In this document: positions 17,130-30,520 of the stretch, one piece after another
Layout: every line of letters begins with the position of its first letter
Numbering within the stretch: the first letter of the stretch is position 1
Source of the DNA: Lobosporangium transversale
Taxonomy: Eukaryota
Direction: 5' to 3'
Length of the DNA stretch: 64,000 nt
Assembly: GCF_002105155.1 (NCBI RefSeq)
Contig: NW_019028981.1
Coordinates: 372,001-436,000, forward strand
The notes under the pieces: generated by a model
Seen by the model: the letters and a program-made list of their open reading frames with translations, nothing else
The model's database searches: none
Told to the model about the DNA's origin: nothing
Made by a program: the position numbers and the translations under genes

Positions 17130-19591
17130 CTGAGGATTACTGTCACCTTCATGCATCCATCCTAAAAGCTAATCAATCTTGATCTTTTCTCTAATGCTAA
17201 AAAAAAAAAAAAAAAAAAATCTCTCTGATTCGGGAAACCCTTTATCTTAGCATGAAGCAAGGAAAAAGGAACAAGAGATCCATGTACTCAAGGAGAAGCT
17301 ACAGAAATCAATCAATAGGAGTCAGCTGTCCTCTTCCACAATACCAGGAGGGATCAAGATTCTCAATCCTGTACCACGGTCAATATATGGGAAACAGCCT
17401 ACGGGCGATACGGAACATCTGCTCAGAGAAACCATTGGACAACAACAAGCGAAGGAAGCAGAGATTGTGGAAGAGAATGAACAGCTTCGTAGAACACTCT
17501 ATACAGTTCATGTGCAACTGGAGGGTCTGATCCAAAAACATTCATTAAAGGATTCTGTTGCTGTAAGTCTTGTTTATTTAACAGGAGTTTGATATATTAT
17601 AAAACGACAAACAGTACGTCTAAAAAAAAGCTTTTTTTTTTTTTTTTTTTTTTGAATCAGACGCCATACGGACTTCCATTCGATATGATTAAGGACAAGA
17701 TCGAGACAGAGATTCGAGACACATTAACTTTATTGAGTGATCAATGGGATCACCGTCCATCTCTGGAGCCTGCTATATCATCAAGCGAGATTGTAGTACG
17801 AGATCAAAGGATTCAAGATCTTCAAAAGGAGGTCGAGAAGATGCAATTGGAATTGGAGGAGTCAACTCTGCTGGTTCAGGGTGCTCAGAAAATGATTGAT
17901 AATTTAACAAGTGGTAACTTTTTGGCAGGAATGCAAGATCTCAATTTGAACGCGGGAAGGTATGTATACATTAGGAGAGAATGAAACAAAAAAGAAAAAA
18001 AAAAGCTTGATAATAATTTTTTTTTATTTTTTATTTTTTTTTTATAAACATATATTGTCCAATATATCCGCTCCCGAAAACATGCATATGATGTACGTAT
18101 AGCTCTGATATGACTGCTCAAGAGATAGAAGAAGCTGAGGCCAAAGTCCAGAAACAGCGCGAAGAATTGGCTAAGGAAAGGAAAAAATTCACCGAGGCCT
18201 GCATAGATCTCGGTAAGAAGCGCGACGAGTTGGAGCGAGACAAGATGGCATTTGAGGAGAGCAAGAGGACGTTTAGGTTGGACAAGGTCATGTCCTTTTT
18301 GTCATTTTCCCCTAAATCAGAAAACCGAATAAGAACCACTCCCCCATCTTCACCCACACCAGCACCAGCACTATTGACACCATCAGAAGCAGTATCAACA
18401 ATAACACACCTCAATGGAGTTAAATCCAGGAAACGAGTAGCAAGCTCACCGCTACCGCCGGACTTTTCATTACCGGGGCGATCAGTTAGACCAAAGAAAG
18501 CGACAACTGTTATGGAGCTTGAGGATGAAGAATTTAGTGCACATGGTGTTAAACAAGGAACATTTCATCAAAATATGGATAGAATGAGTGCTACTGAAGG
18601 CAAGGAAGAAATGGAAAGGGATCAAGAGCAAGAAGAGGAAGAGGAAGAAGAGTTACTTCAGACATCACGGCGTAAATTGTTTAATACTATGTCCGATACT
18701 ATAGGGCGTAAAATGACAGCACATAGATCTGGGATCACAGACTCTGATACATCATTTTCAACAACAAATGGCTTGATAGCATCCAAATCAAAGTCAAAGC
18801 CGGGAGAAGGGGCGAGGACCGGCTTCAGTAATGATTGCTCAGAGCCTGGTCTTTTATCAGTCGGACGCCAAAACGATATCGCTGTATCATTAGCTGTTGC
18901 ACCACAACAACACAGTTCTGAAACCTCAGCTGAACCTCGATCTGCCCCGTCAACAATATCAACAACAGTGAAGCCCCATCCATTTACGTTTAAAGCGACC
19001 CCCTCTCCGTCTTCATCCACACCTACACCTATACCCACACCCACCCATACTGCTGGAGCCAGTGACCTCACGAGAAATGGGCGACATCCTGCCGCAACGA
19101 CCCGCGTGACTGCAACATCACCGGTCTCTACCACTACAGCTACTACAACTACTCCAAAGTCATCAACATCAACGCGGCTTTTGGCTAATATGAGGCCCCC
19201 ACGGTCACCTACGCCCGTGTCAAAGGCCCCAGTATTGGCAACTGCAGCGCGCGCGAGCGCTACTCGTGGATCATCACCTGGTTTGACATCTCAACTTGCC
19301 AAGGAAGACACCAGCAACAATAATAATAACAATGCTGTTACCAAGGCTTCAAGCAGTAACAGCTTTGGAATAACGACGACGATGGCGTCTGAATCAGAAC
19401 CACGTGTGGCTTTAATAAATGCCGCCAAAATCCCCTCGGGATTCTCGAAAGTAGCGGCTCATCTGGCGGCTAAAAAGTCAACAGCGCGATACCCAATAAC
19501 AACAACGACTTCATCAACATCACCAACAATAACAAGGACCGGTACAAGTCGAACCACGACCCTGAATTCGCGCACGACATTGTCAAGATGA
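15801..19591 (+). CDS. Coiled-coil protein, afadin/alpha-actinin-binding (ADIP/SSX2IP/Msd1)-like, with S/T/P-rich C-terminus
   Basis: Exon chain from the ATG at 15801 gives YINHQLSIYGF..., ALYKILQQHL, ELKSAKANLQYIKTQYA|HEARKKEQEIHVLKEKLQK and EIVEENEQLRRTL, joining the long last exon ending at 19591. Family assigned from remembered motif pattern; exon boundaries approximate. Confidence 0.7.
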
Positions 19592-19977
19592 AAGAAAGAA
19601 AGAAAAATCCTTTAATCCATTTCGACGATTTATCTCTCCAACGTTGTCAACTATATATACATTTATATACTCACTTTCCCCTTCCCCTCTACCTCCATCG
19701 TTTCTACCCAGATCATAGTTTTGGAAAAATATCTGTAATATTATCAAGCATAACAATAACATATCCATATGTCCTGAAAGCACAATTGTTTTTGGTTATT
19801 TTTTTTTTTTTTTGGCATTTGTATTGATTTTCAAAGAAAGAATGAAAAAGAAAAAAAAAAGAATGATATCCGGCAATGATATTCGTTTTTTTTTTTTTTT
19901 TTTTTTGTTGATTCCCGTTGCTATTTATATATACTTTTTTCCCGTCCGTTTGTTTGTGAGTCGTAAGTCATTTGTAT

Positions 19978-20616
19978 TTAAGCAGTGGCCTCCTCCTTGG
20001 GCTCCTCCTTGGATTCCTCCTTGGACTCCTCCTTGGCCTCTTCCTTCTTGGCCTCCTCAATGGAGGCATCTTCGAAAGAGTCGACCAAGGCAGGGACCTC
20101 ATCATCATCGTCCTCAGCGTTCAAGGCAGCCTGGCCAGCAGCAGACTTCTGGTAAGACTCGGCAAGTTTGCGGAGGCTGTTGAGAGAGTCAGGTCCGAGC
20201 TGGTTCAAGATACCAGGGACCAACTCGGTCAATTCTTTCTCCTCACCACGGCCGTAGATGGCGTAGGTGTTGGAAGCAGACGAGGCGTGAACTATATACA
20301 TAACAGATCATAAACGTGTGTTAATCAATCTATGATCAAAGAGTCGCGTAATTTTTTTTTTTTTTTTTCTGTTAAACCGAGATTTTAGATTTAACATACC
20401 CTTGGGCTGACGGAAGTGAATGACAGTGCCCTCATCCATGAACATGTTAACCTCCTCGACATAAGGCTGGGGAACAAGGGACAGCTTCTCGAGAGCACCC
20501 TGGAGCTTGCGGTCATCCTGAGCGACAGGGCGGTGGACCTTCTTGATCACACGGCGAGGGGCGCCCTTGGAGCGGTTCTGGTTAGCCTGGAGCTTGGCGA
20601 GTTTCTCGGGGTTCAT
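19978..20616 (-). CDS. EGD1: Nascent polypeptide-associated complex subunit beta (BTF3)
   Basis: [10 protein letters not shown]...KGAPRR..., EEVNMF...[37 protein letters not shown]. Intron 20292-20399. C-terminal KEE repeats. Confidence 0.96.
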
Positions 20617-20806
20617 GTTTGATATTCTACTCATGTGAAAAATGAAAAATAAAAACAAATTAAATGCATGAAATAGAAAAAAAAAAAAAAAAAAAAAAGT
20701 TGCCGTTGTAGGATTTGCGCCTTCTTCCTCCTGCCATTACCACCACTACCACAGCCACTACTCCAGTGTAAATATTGACATAAACCAATTTAGGGATGAT
20801 AAAGAC

Positions 20807-20837
<31 letters not shown>

Positions 20838-23533
20838 TGATGGTTGGTGTTTTTTTTTTTTCTATTCTCCCTATTCCTTAGACAAAAAAAAAAAAAAAAA
20901 AAAAAAAAAAGTGGAGCTCGTCACCTACGACGATGTTTCAACGTCTTTTTTTCAGTGTCATGAGTCATGATGCAAAAGAGGGAGGAAAGGGAAATTGGGG
21001 ACTGAAGAGGGAAAGGATCCTGATCTTGTCCATCACTGTAAGTGAATTGTTATATATTCCTGAACAAAAAAATATATATATAAATCGAGATCCGTTTTTT
21101 TTTTTTTTTTTTTTTTTTTTGCCGTTATTAGTTCTAATTCCTGTGATGACCAGATTTTTTTTTTGTTTGTTTTGTTTTTTTCCCTTGTCCCAAGAGAAGA
21201 ATTGTGTAATTTGCCATGGTTATAATGATTACCTGGAAAGGATGATGGGAGTAAAGAAGCAAAAAAAAAAAAATCCTTTAAGCCGCCTTTCTTGATCTTT
21301 TTTAAAAAAAAAAAAAAATCCCAAGTTGCACAGGGGACAGAAAACTCTTGGACATCAAAATCAAAACAGAACAGCAGTCTGCCATTTTTTTTTGTCTAAA
21401 TATACGTCACCGTATTAAGACGATGTGCGTTTTAAATGGATTTACCCTTAATCAAAAGCCTAACGCTATGGACAATATCCCACTCAAGACATTGTTTCCC
21501 TAATATGAAGAAGACTGAAAAGATGCAGGACATAAGGCCGTCTTCTGTAGCTTTCCCTACCGCTTTCTTCGTTATCAACCCAATGGTTTCTTGCTCTGTC
21601 GTTTCCATGCACCTCTTGAGGCAAACATTGCTGACTGTGGCGCTGTTGCTGGTTGGCGACAGAGAGGAAATTTGTATTCATTCTAAATAACCTTGCGAAA
21701 CCCACCCTTTGTCTGTTCTTAAGCCTCATATGTTGCCTAGTAGAGTTTTCCTTTGGCCTGACTCCTTCTTCCCGAGCAGTGGTTATTATTTTATGGCGGA
21801 AGCCTCCGAAGTGACCCGATCTGCATCGATTGTTCCTGCTCATTGTTGGAACTGTTGTGTTTCTTGATATCTTGTGAAAGTCCAGTATGTTCAAGCAAGT
21901 CAGTAGGATTGATACGGTTCTTCTTTTTGCTGAACGCTTCGGCACGGGTTGTTGCTAACCTGTTCATATACAGATCAGAGGTTTGAACTCGGATTGTATC
22001 CAAGACGTGAAGGATATTTTATATTTGTAGGTCGTCCGTGTTATTTTAAGTGAGGACGGTACGAACTGTTGCGTCGAGTGGCCCTGTGGTGTGTGTAGCT
22101 TTCGTTGCCAGTATTTTCCTGTGTTTTTTTTTTTTTTTTTTTTTTTTTCCTATCCGCATCCTTGAGATTTATCAGAAATAGCCCAATTGGATTGCTAGAG
22201 CTGTGCACTTCATACTCTCTTTTGAGATGGATCTCGAGAAAAAGAAAGATAAAAGACTAGATCAGCCAGCTGTTGACCTTGCTTATTTTTTAGAACAGGA
22301 TAGATCGAGCATTATTAAAAGGGAAGGTTACAAAGAGAAGCCCCCGCCAAGGATAGAAAAATAACACTCCCTCATTTCCTAATTATGGTTGACTAAAGGT
22401 TGTTTTTTTTTTTTTTTTATGTGTCAATACTATAGCTCATAATTCTTCTCGCTTGTCACCACCAACTTGTCTTTATCCTCTAGAGTCAGCAATGTCGGCG
22501 TCATTGCTGTTGCTACTATTATGTGGAGTGGTTTGATATATCCGTAATGCCGGTTTCTTGCCAAGGGTACTGCTAATTCTTACTCCTGGACGAATTCACT
22601 ATTCTAAATTAACAGCGAGGTAGTAAAACAATGCGAGTGTTACAGGTTAGCAGCAGAAAAAGATCATTTATATCAAGAGCCATATACATTCATAGCTAAC
22701 TAATTTTATTTATACTGATCGCAAAGAACGTCATAGGCGACGGAAGTTAGTGTCAATCCAGACACGCAAAGACTTTCAAATGAGGTTTCTAGGTCCTTAT
22801 TCTCATGAGTAACAGGCAAAAGAGATGATGTGCAATCTTTGAGGATATGCTGTAGACTTCCAATAGCTCAAGACGGTAAGTTGGAGTGTTGTCGCGGGTG
22901 GGAGAGCTTAGAAGATCCATAGTGGACAATAAGGTCACTCGTATCCTTTCTTTTTTCGGAGAAAGAGCTATCGGCCATCAATCACCATGTCGAATCGTCT
23001 ATGTTTTTTTTTTTTTTTTTTTTTTTTTTTTGTTGGATCGACATCTAACTGGTTTGTCATATAATTAAGAGGGATCGCCAATCGCCCTTGTAATCTGCAC
23101 CAGGAAGGAAGGTGGTCCCATTTGCAACATCGAATTAAGTAGTAGTGGCTGTGCACATTTGACACAAACTACAAGATCGCGTTTTTGTACGTGTGGAATG
23201 AATAATAAGCTCTCTTTTTTTTTTTTATAAAAAAAAGAAAAAAAAAAAAAAGTAGCAAACAAGCACAGCAACTAATTTATGGTGGTTGAGCAGAGCGGGC
23301 CAGCGCATGCTCTTGATTCATTGTCGTTTTTTTTCTTTCTTTTGATTCAATAATAATAAAAAAAAGAGCATACTAGTCTACATACTCTGCCAGTTTCCCA
23401 AAATAAAAATAAAATAAAAATAAAGAGAAAAAAAAAACAGCGCAACTTTTTTGTTCAAAGGAACATGTCGTTAAAAAATAAAAAATGAAGAAGAATGGAA
23501 AAGTTTAGGTATACACAGAATATCGACGATATA

Positions 23534-26500
23534 TTAATGCTGTTCCTCCATAAGCGACTCTGGTATACGATCTTTGGAATAACCATGGCTGCTCTTCCCT
23601 CCAAGGTCTCTAGTGGGCGTCACTGGCACAGTTCGTACAGGCCTTGCCTTATTCACCGATAGCTTACTAACTGTAGTGGTCGTCGTTGTCCCAGAGAGGG
23701 AAATAGAGCGCGACTTGCGCGTGGTCGAGCCTCCAAAACCACGCTCAGTATTCTTAGAGATCAAACTAGAGCTAAACGATTGTCGGCGAGGGGTCACAGA
23801 TGGAGAGGCAGCAGTACTTGATGGCATCGGGCTTGTAGGCGAGTGGATACGCAAGCCAGCCATTTGGGTTTCATGTTCCTGATCTCTATACATGTCATGA
23901 TGCGACTGACTGCCATAGGATGATGAGTATTGACTATATGTTCCAGAGTGGTGGTTTGACATCTGAGCAAATCGACTATACGAGGGAGAATCGCGCCCAA
24001 CAAACCCTGATGGACTGTACATGTCTGGTGACATTGGTTCTAGAATCCGAAAAATAAACAAAGTAAGGTTAGCCATCTTGATTAAAAAGATGAAATCATA
24101 TATGAACAAATAGCAAATTGGTGAATGATGTTCTTACCCCCAGGATGGAGTCCCGCAGGCGATAGAGGGCTCGCTGGATAGGATTCATTATTCTTACGGT
24201 CATAGTAGCTTGATTCATGAGATTGCGCAGCAAGATGAGAGGCCGAGCCTAGAGATTGATATGGATATGAGGAACCATAACCATAGTTTGAGTAATATGG
24301 GTATTCACCCGGAGAGGCTGGGGACCCCAGAGGCCCAACCCCTCCACCCCCTCCACTGCTGATACTGTCATTCCTGTAATGATGGCGAGCATCCCCTCCA
24401 TGAACGTTCTCCATAGGAGTATCATCATTGTCAGCATAGTGTCCAGGAGAACGGCCTCGGACAACCAATGGGGCAGAGACTGATGTTGCCACGAGGACCA
24501 AGTCACCGTTGTCCAACTCTGCAAAAAGATCGACATGGACCTGATAGTACTGTTGAGCGGCCCTCCGCTTACCATTATTTGCAGTTGCCGTTTTGAATTG
24601 CACTCGCTCAAAAGTGACTACATTTGGATTAGATCCGGACGAGTTTAAGGAAAGATCGCCGCCTGCTCTGATGAGAGTAGGGCGTGGCGTTATTTGAGGG
24701 CCTTTGTCGCGCTTTGGGGTATGTTGGACCAATTCAATCACCTTATCACCGCTCTGGATGCGAGCGCCAATGCAAACTGAAAAGGCCCTGACAGAGAGCA
24801 GCTCGCCATTTCTGTCCAAGAGACAAGGCACCTCGGGATGAATGGCAGGATCGAGCCCACTGATGGAAAATGCGGCACTGAGTTGAAAATAGTTGCGGCG
24901 GTAACAGGTCCAATCGTTCGCAGCTAAAAAGAATCCCCGATCAATCTTTGCTGCAATCTTAATGTTGTAGCTGTTATTAGGGCGGAGAAATATGAGGGGG
25001 TGATAAAGTAGGTGCATCTTGTTAGTTTTGTTCTCCTGTATAAAAGTGGACAAGTCTGCAGAGAAGCAAGTGGGAAAATGAGCAACAGAATATTCTTACC
25101 TCATAGACTGATCAACGCTGTAGAGGTTATAGTGCTGAAGAGCAGGGCTGAAATATGGGCTCTCTTGATGAGCCAGCATCTCGGACCGTCGCTTTGGCCT
25201 TGAATGACCCATGGAGGGAGAGGGTGCTGAGGTCGAATAAACCATTGAAGACGAATCAGATTTGGTACTACCATTGCCGAGCATACCATCTTGGCCATTG
25301 CCCACGCCCGCCCCATAGCCTTCAGAGGGAGCGCCATCGATACTACCATGACTTTGGTAATGAGCATTACTGTTGCTGTAGCCATGGGCACTAGTGTTAT
25401 AGGTGTGGTTTCTGCGTAACAAGAAAGAGCATAAAACTAAATTGGTCAGTCCTGTGAGAAAGTAACTCGACTGTTGATTGGCTCGGCAACTGTCATCTGT
25501 TATTGCTTCGTGTGACGAACTCAAACATTTTTTTTTTTTTTTTTTGTTTTTGCGCCCATTGTTACATTGTAATTAAACTTCACTTTTGTGCTCTTTAACA
25601 GCCAACTGTCAACAATCCTCTCCCTTAAGCTCTTATTCCTGACAAAGAACAAAGAGGCCCGAACATAAAATCCAAAAAGAAATAGTAATTGAAAAAATAT
25701 TATAGAGAATCAGGGATCTAGACCAAAGTTAGTTCATTTCCCAGAGTTTAGGAACTTTGCGGCGTCATTTAATATAGTTTGTCTCGTGAAATTTACCCTC
25801 ACTAACACCCTTTTTTTTTTTTTTTTTTTTTTTTTTTATTCCAGTTCCTTCTGAATGCCCCGTTCACAAATTGAAATCTCAATGGTGTAAAATTCGCTTA
25901 AAGTGCCTCGGGTGTATTTTGAATAGAGTATTTGCTCTTTGTCTTTGGATGGTGGGGAGAAAAGAAAAAGCGAAAAGTGAGTATTTACCTTGAATAGTGT
26001 GAGGATGATGCTGAGGATGAATAAGATCCATTGCCTCCGTCCACCTTCCCACTTGGGGCAGGATGACCATTGTAAAAATGGTGACCATTTGCTTCATTGG
26101 AGGGACTTCTATGCATGTCACAATAATAATAAAAACAATAAAAGATCGTAAGCAGTCCAGGTCTGATCATACCTTGTCCCTTTTCCTTCGTGCATCTCAT
26201 TCGCCTTTCTTTTTTTAATTTTTTTTTTTTTTTCTTTGGCCCCTGAAAGAGGAATCGAGGACAAATCGGTAGAGCACACCCACCATCCACCACCCCTCAT
26301 TTGCAAAAAATAAAAAATAAAAAATAAAGTAAAATAAAATAAAATAAAATAAACAAAATAGATAAACAAGCTTGTACATTTGTCACAACTTACAGAGGAT
26401 GTTGGTGATGATCTTGAGGGTATGATGAGTCATGGGTATGATACGCATGGTGTTGCGATGGGGGGTAATCATATTCATGACTCTGTTGATGATAAGTATG

Positions 26501-26968
26501 GGCACCATTCGACGACAAATGGGAGGATGACGCAGAAGAAGTAGGGGAGACAAAGGAATTGTGGACGGATTGGGCATGGCCGTGTTGTGTGGCATATACG
26601 GGGTCATTATTTCCGTTGCTGCCGTTACTTTGGTTAGCAAAGGGAACAGTCTGGATTGGAGGTGGCAGGTGTGAGCTGTTGGAGCTATGAGGATAGTGTG
26701 ATGAAGAGGAGGAATGGTGACTATGACCGTTGGCATAGTGCTGCTGGTTATAATAATCGCTGGGATGAGCTCCAGCATGGTCTTGATAGTGACTCTGATG
26801 ACGAGTCGAGTAGGATCCGTGTCCATTGCTAGTATAATCCATTGGCATGGACCTTGGCTCAGACCTCTCAGAGTATTCTGTGTGCTGCTTGGATATGACA
26901 GAGCCAGACATGGAAGATCGATCCTTGGCGAGTTCTGTCAGGTTGACTAAGGGGGATGTGGTGGTCAT
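23534..26968 (-). CDS. Ndt80/PhoG-family transcription factor, ~5 exons
   Basis: Exon ~24138-24970 encodes IDRGFFLAANDWTCYRRNYFQ, ELVQHTPKRDKGPQ, FERVQFKTATANNGKRRAAQQYY and VVRGRSPGHY. H/S/Q-rich N-terminal exons start at 26968; upstream exon junctions approximate. Confidence 0.9.
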
Positions 26969-27266
26969 GATTATTTATATTGTTTTTGTTTTTTGTTTTT
27001 TGTTTTTCTGATTATGTGCTGGATGTGCTTAGGACAAGAGGAGATTGAATGTTTGTGTGTGAAACAAAAAAAAAAAAAAACGCTGTGGAGATGCAAATAC
27101 AGTGTGTCCGACTCTGCAAGTTTGGGAGCTGTGAAAGGATTAAGGCAGAAGATGGGAGAGAGGAAATGAAATGGAAATGAGGGTTTGTGAAGATATCAGT
27201 ATGTTTGACTGACAAAGGAAGAGAAGAGAGAAGGGAAGAAGAAAAAAAAAAAAAAAAAAAAAAAAG

Positions 27267-27319
27267 TATGTATGTATGTATGTATGTATGTATGTATGTA
27301 TATATATAGAGAGAGAGAG
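27267..27319 (+). repeat. Compound microsatellite (TATG)n-(TA)n-(GA)n
   Basis: Directly visible run tatgtatg...tatatata gagagag. Confidence 0.85.
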
Positions 27320-30300
27320 AAACAGAGATGGAGAAACTGACGGACAATGTGGACGGATCACCCGCGTGTGTTTGTGTGTGGTTGTGCTGTGATTGTACGT
27401 TGGGATGGGATGGGTTTGCTCCTGTGCTTGTGCTTATTCTTGTGTTTTGTGCTCGTGCTTGTGCTTTGTGCTTTGTGCTTGTGTTTTGTTGGCTCTAGCT
27501 CCTTTTCATAAAGACTTTGGGTTCTTCAGCTGTTTAAGAAGAGCGCAAAAGGAAGCCGAGAGCAATTGAAGAATGATAAGGCTGTATTTGTAGGATGAAA
27601 AACAAGGAGACACGACGCTTTGTCAACAAGAAATGAATCTAACCAAGACGATGTTGTAAAAAAAAAAAAAAAAAAAATGCTGATGCAGATGGCGAACCTG
27701 AAGTTCAATTGTCGTCAAGGAAGAAAATAATAACTACAACAAAATAAAATAAGAAAAATGATAATAATGATAATAAAAATAAATAAATAAAAAGGAAAGG
27801 AAAGGAAAGGAATGAAGACGAATGAATGAAGACGAATGAAGGTGAATGGAAGGAAAAAGAAAAAGGAGATAATGAAGATGGAAAAAAAAAAAAAAAGAAG
27901 AAAGAAAGAAAGAAGAAAGAGAGAAAGTAGAGAAATGAAAAGAGAGAAGAAAAAAAGATAAAAAGTGAGAGGAAAGAGAAGCGACAAAATTAGAAAAATA
28001 AAAAAATAAAAATTGGTGGGCGTGTGTAAGTGATGTGTGCAATGTGTGCAATGTGTGCAATGTGCGCAGGGAATCAAGAGGACAGGCCAGGGCGAGGAAG
28101 GCCGAAGGAAAAAAATAAGAGATATCTACAGTATACTGTCATTCAATGCAGTAGAATAGAATAAGACAGTATACAATATAATCCAATACAAACATTCTAA
28201 TTCAATGACATGGTTACGATGAATATATACAAGAAAAAAGAAAAAGAAAAGAGCCAAAGGAAAAAGAGTTAAAAAAACGAATGGTTGCGCTTGAGAAACA
28301 GTGAACACAAGAAGGATGGGTCTAAAGTTCAAAGGAATGGATAGGTCTGTCTGTCAGAGCAAGGGCACACAGGGTGAAAAAAAAAAAAAAAAAAAAAAAA
28401 AAAAACGGCTTTGGCCACATACAACATAGATGTAATGTATACTTTGGATTATATACACAAACATGTACACTTCCATTCGAGCTCATGCAAAATGAATGTG
28501 TTCTACAGACATTCCCTCTTCACTCAACGTGTAGACAACATCCAGCATTCAATGTATAAAAACCCAAACTCAAAAGCAAGGATGAGAATAATGAGAGGAT
28601 GGATGGATGTGTAAAAGTGGGTCTAAAAGAAAACCGTTCTTGTTGTTTTATTGTTTTTCTTTTTGTTTATCATGACTACAGACAGACATAAATATATATA
28701 TTTTTATATTTTTAATGTTGATATCCAACAGATGGCGATGGTGATGATGGCGATGATGAATAACATGTACATATTGATTATGGATAATTTTTTTTTCTTT
28801 GTTTTTGTTGTTGTTTGTCTATTCAGTTCTAATATTCAATCCAAATGTTACATTGCACACACATTTGATGCATCCATACTTTGCACTCTGCATTGCACAA
28901 CGATAGTCTACTCAGTAGAGCACCTGCAGACAAAAGGAGAGAGCGTGTGTGTAAGTTGAGTTGTCTGTTGGATTGAGTTTCCAATGGATTTGAGCACAAC
29001 ATACACAGAAAAGAATGAGAAAAGTGAAAAGACGCAAGAGAGGTTGAGCAAGAGCCAGGAGGCACAGGAACACAAGCGCAGGACTTTTTTTTTTTTTTGT
29101 GTAAATGTGTCTTATGGATTGCATAAATGAATGGCTCATCTGTGAGAGTATACTCTCCGCTTGCGTCCATTCAATCAATCGTCTATACTTGCCTTTGTGA
29201 ACCAAGCAATGCTAGGCAATGGTTTTAATGGTCTGAGTAAAATGGCGCTAGTAAAAAAACGCGCTTTCTAAATGAAAGGAAAACAGAAAAAGGAAAAGGA
29301 AAAAGAGAGAAAAAGGAAAAGAAGAGGATTCAAACCATCCAGTCGCCTTTCTTTTTAGGTTGAAGGCTTTTTTCTTTTCGATTGACGTGACACTCTTTAA
29401 TAAAACAAAGAGCTTCTTCCTTAACACCTTGGAAAGGAATGCACAATAGAAAAAGAAAAAGAAAGAAGGATGCCTTGCTCACACAGACCTTTCCACACAG
29501 ATACATACATTTCTCCTTCCTTCCTTAGTCCTGCACCCCCACAATTCAATCACAAATCACAAATCCGGATGTAAATAAATAAAAACAATAAGTGGAGTGC
29601 ATGTTGACTAGTCTCCTTCATTCTAGAACGCGTCTGGAGAAAAACAGCGATGACCGAGCTATGAACCATGTAACGCGTATGAAGGACGTTCTATACCATA
29701 TTCTTCACAGACAATTATAGTGCATTCCCTTGTTTCTGAAATGACTTGCGTTACAAAAAAAAAAACTTACTTCTAACCGCAAATATCGTAAAGAAAAGAA
29801 AAGAAAAACATAGCACGTATATATATATAATATATGTATAAAACATGCTAGTCTAAGGAAGACTGACCAACATCCAGTGTTATATTTGTGTGGTGTATGT
29901 TTTTGAGAACATCGCATAGAGCTTTTTTTTTTTTTTTTTTTTTTTTTTGCGTAAGGTGGCACAAGCAATCAACTTTTTTTTTTGTAAAGCACAGGAGCAA
30001 ATATAAATGGAGGCATTACACAAGAGAGCCGTCAAACAACGAAACGACGAAACGAAAGTCCTGAGTTTTTTTTTTTTTTGTGTACATGTACTTTCCACAA
30101 TCCACACCACTTGACTCAAAAGTATGATTCAAAATGATAAAAGAAAAATGAAAGGTTGCATGTGTGTGTGTGTAATAAATCAAAGATAAAGAACGTCGGA
30201 CGAAATGAAAAATACCTTTGCCCTATCCCTATCCCTATCCCTCCCACCATCATATCGATATGCCACTGCCCCTTTCCCCCTTCTTTTTTCTTGTGTATCC

Positions 30301-30489
30301 CATTCTTGTGATTGATAATTTCATCCGCTTCGGTTCTTATTCCATTACCCTTTTCTTTTTCTTGCTTAGATGCAAGTTGTGAGCAACATCGTTAATTCGG
30401 GTGTCCCCATCCGTTTAATGATCTGTAGGTTACATTTGTATACATATACTTGAATTGTCTGGCATGAATAAAAATAAAAAATAATAATA

Positions 30490-30520
<31 letters not shown>

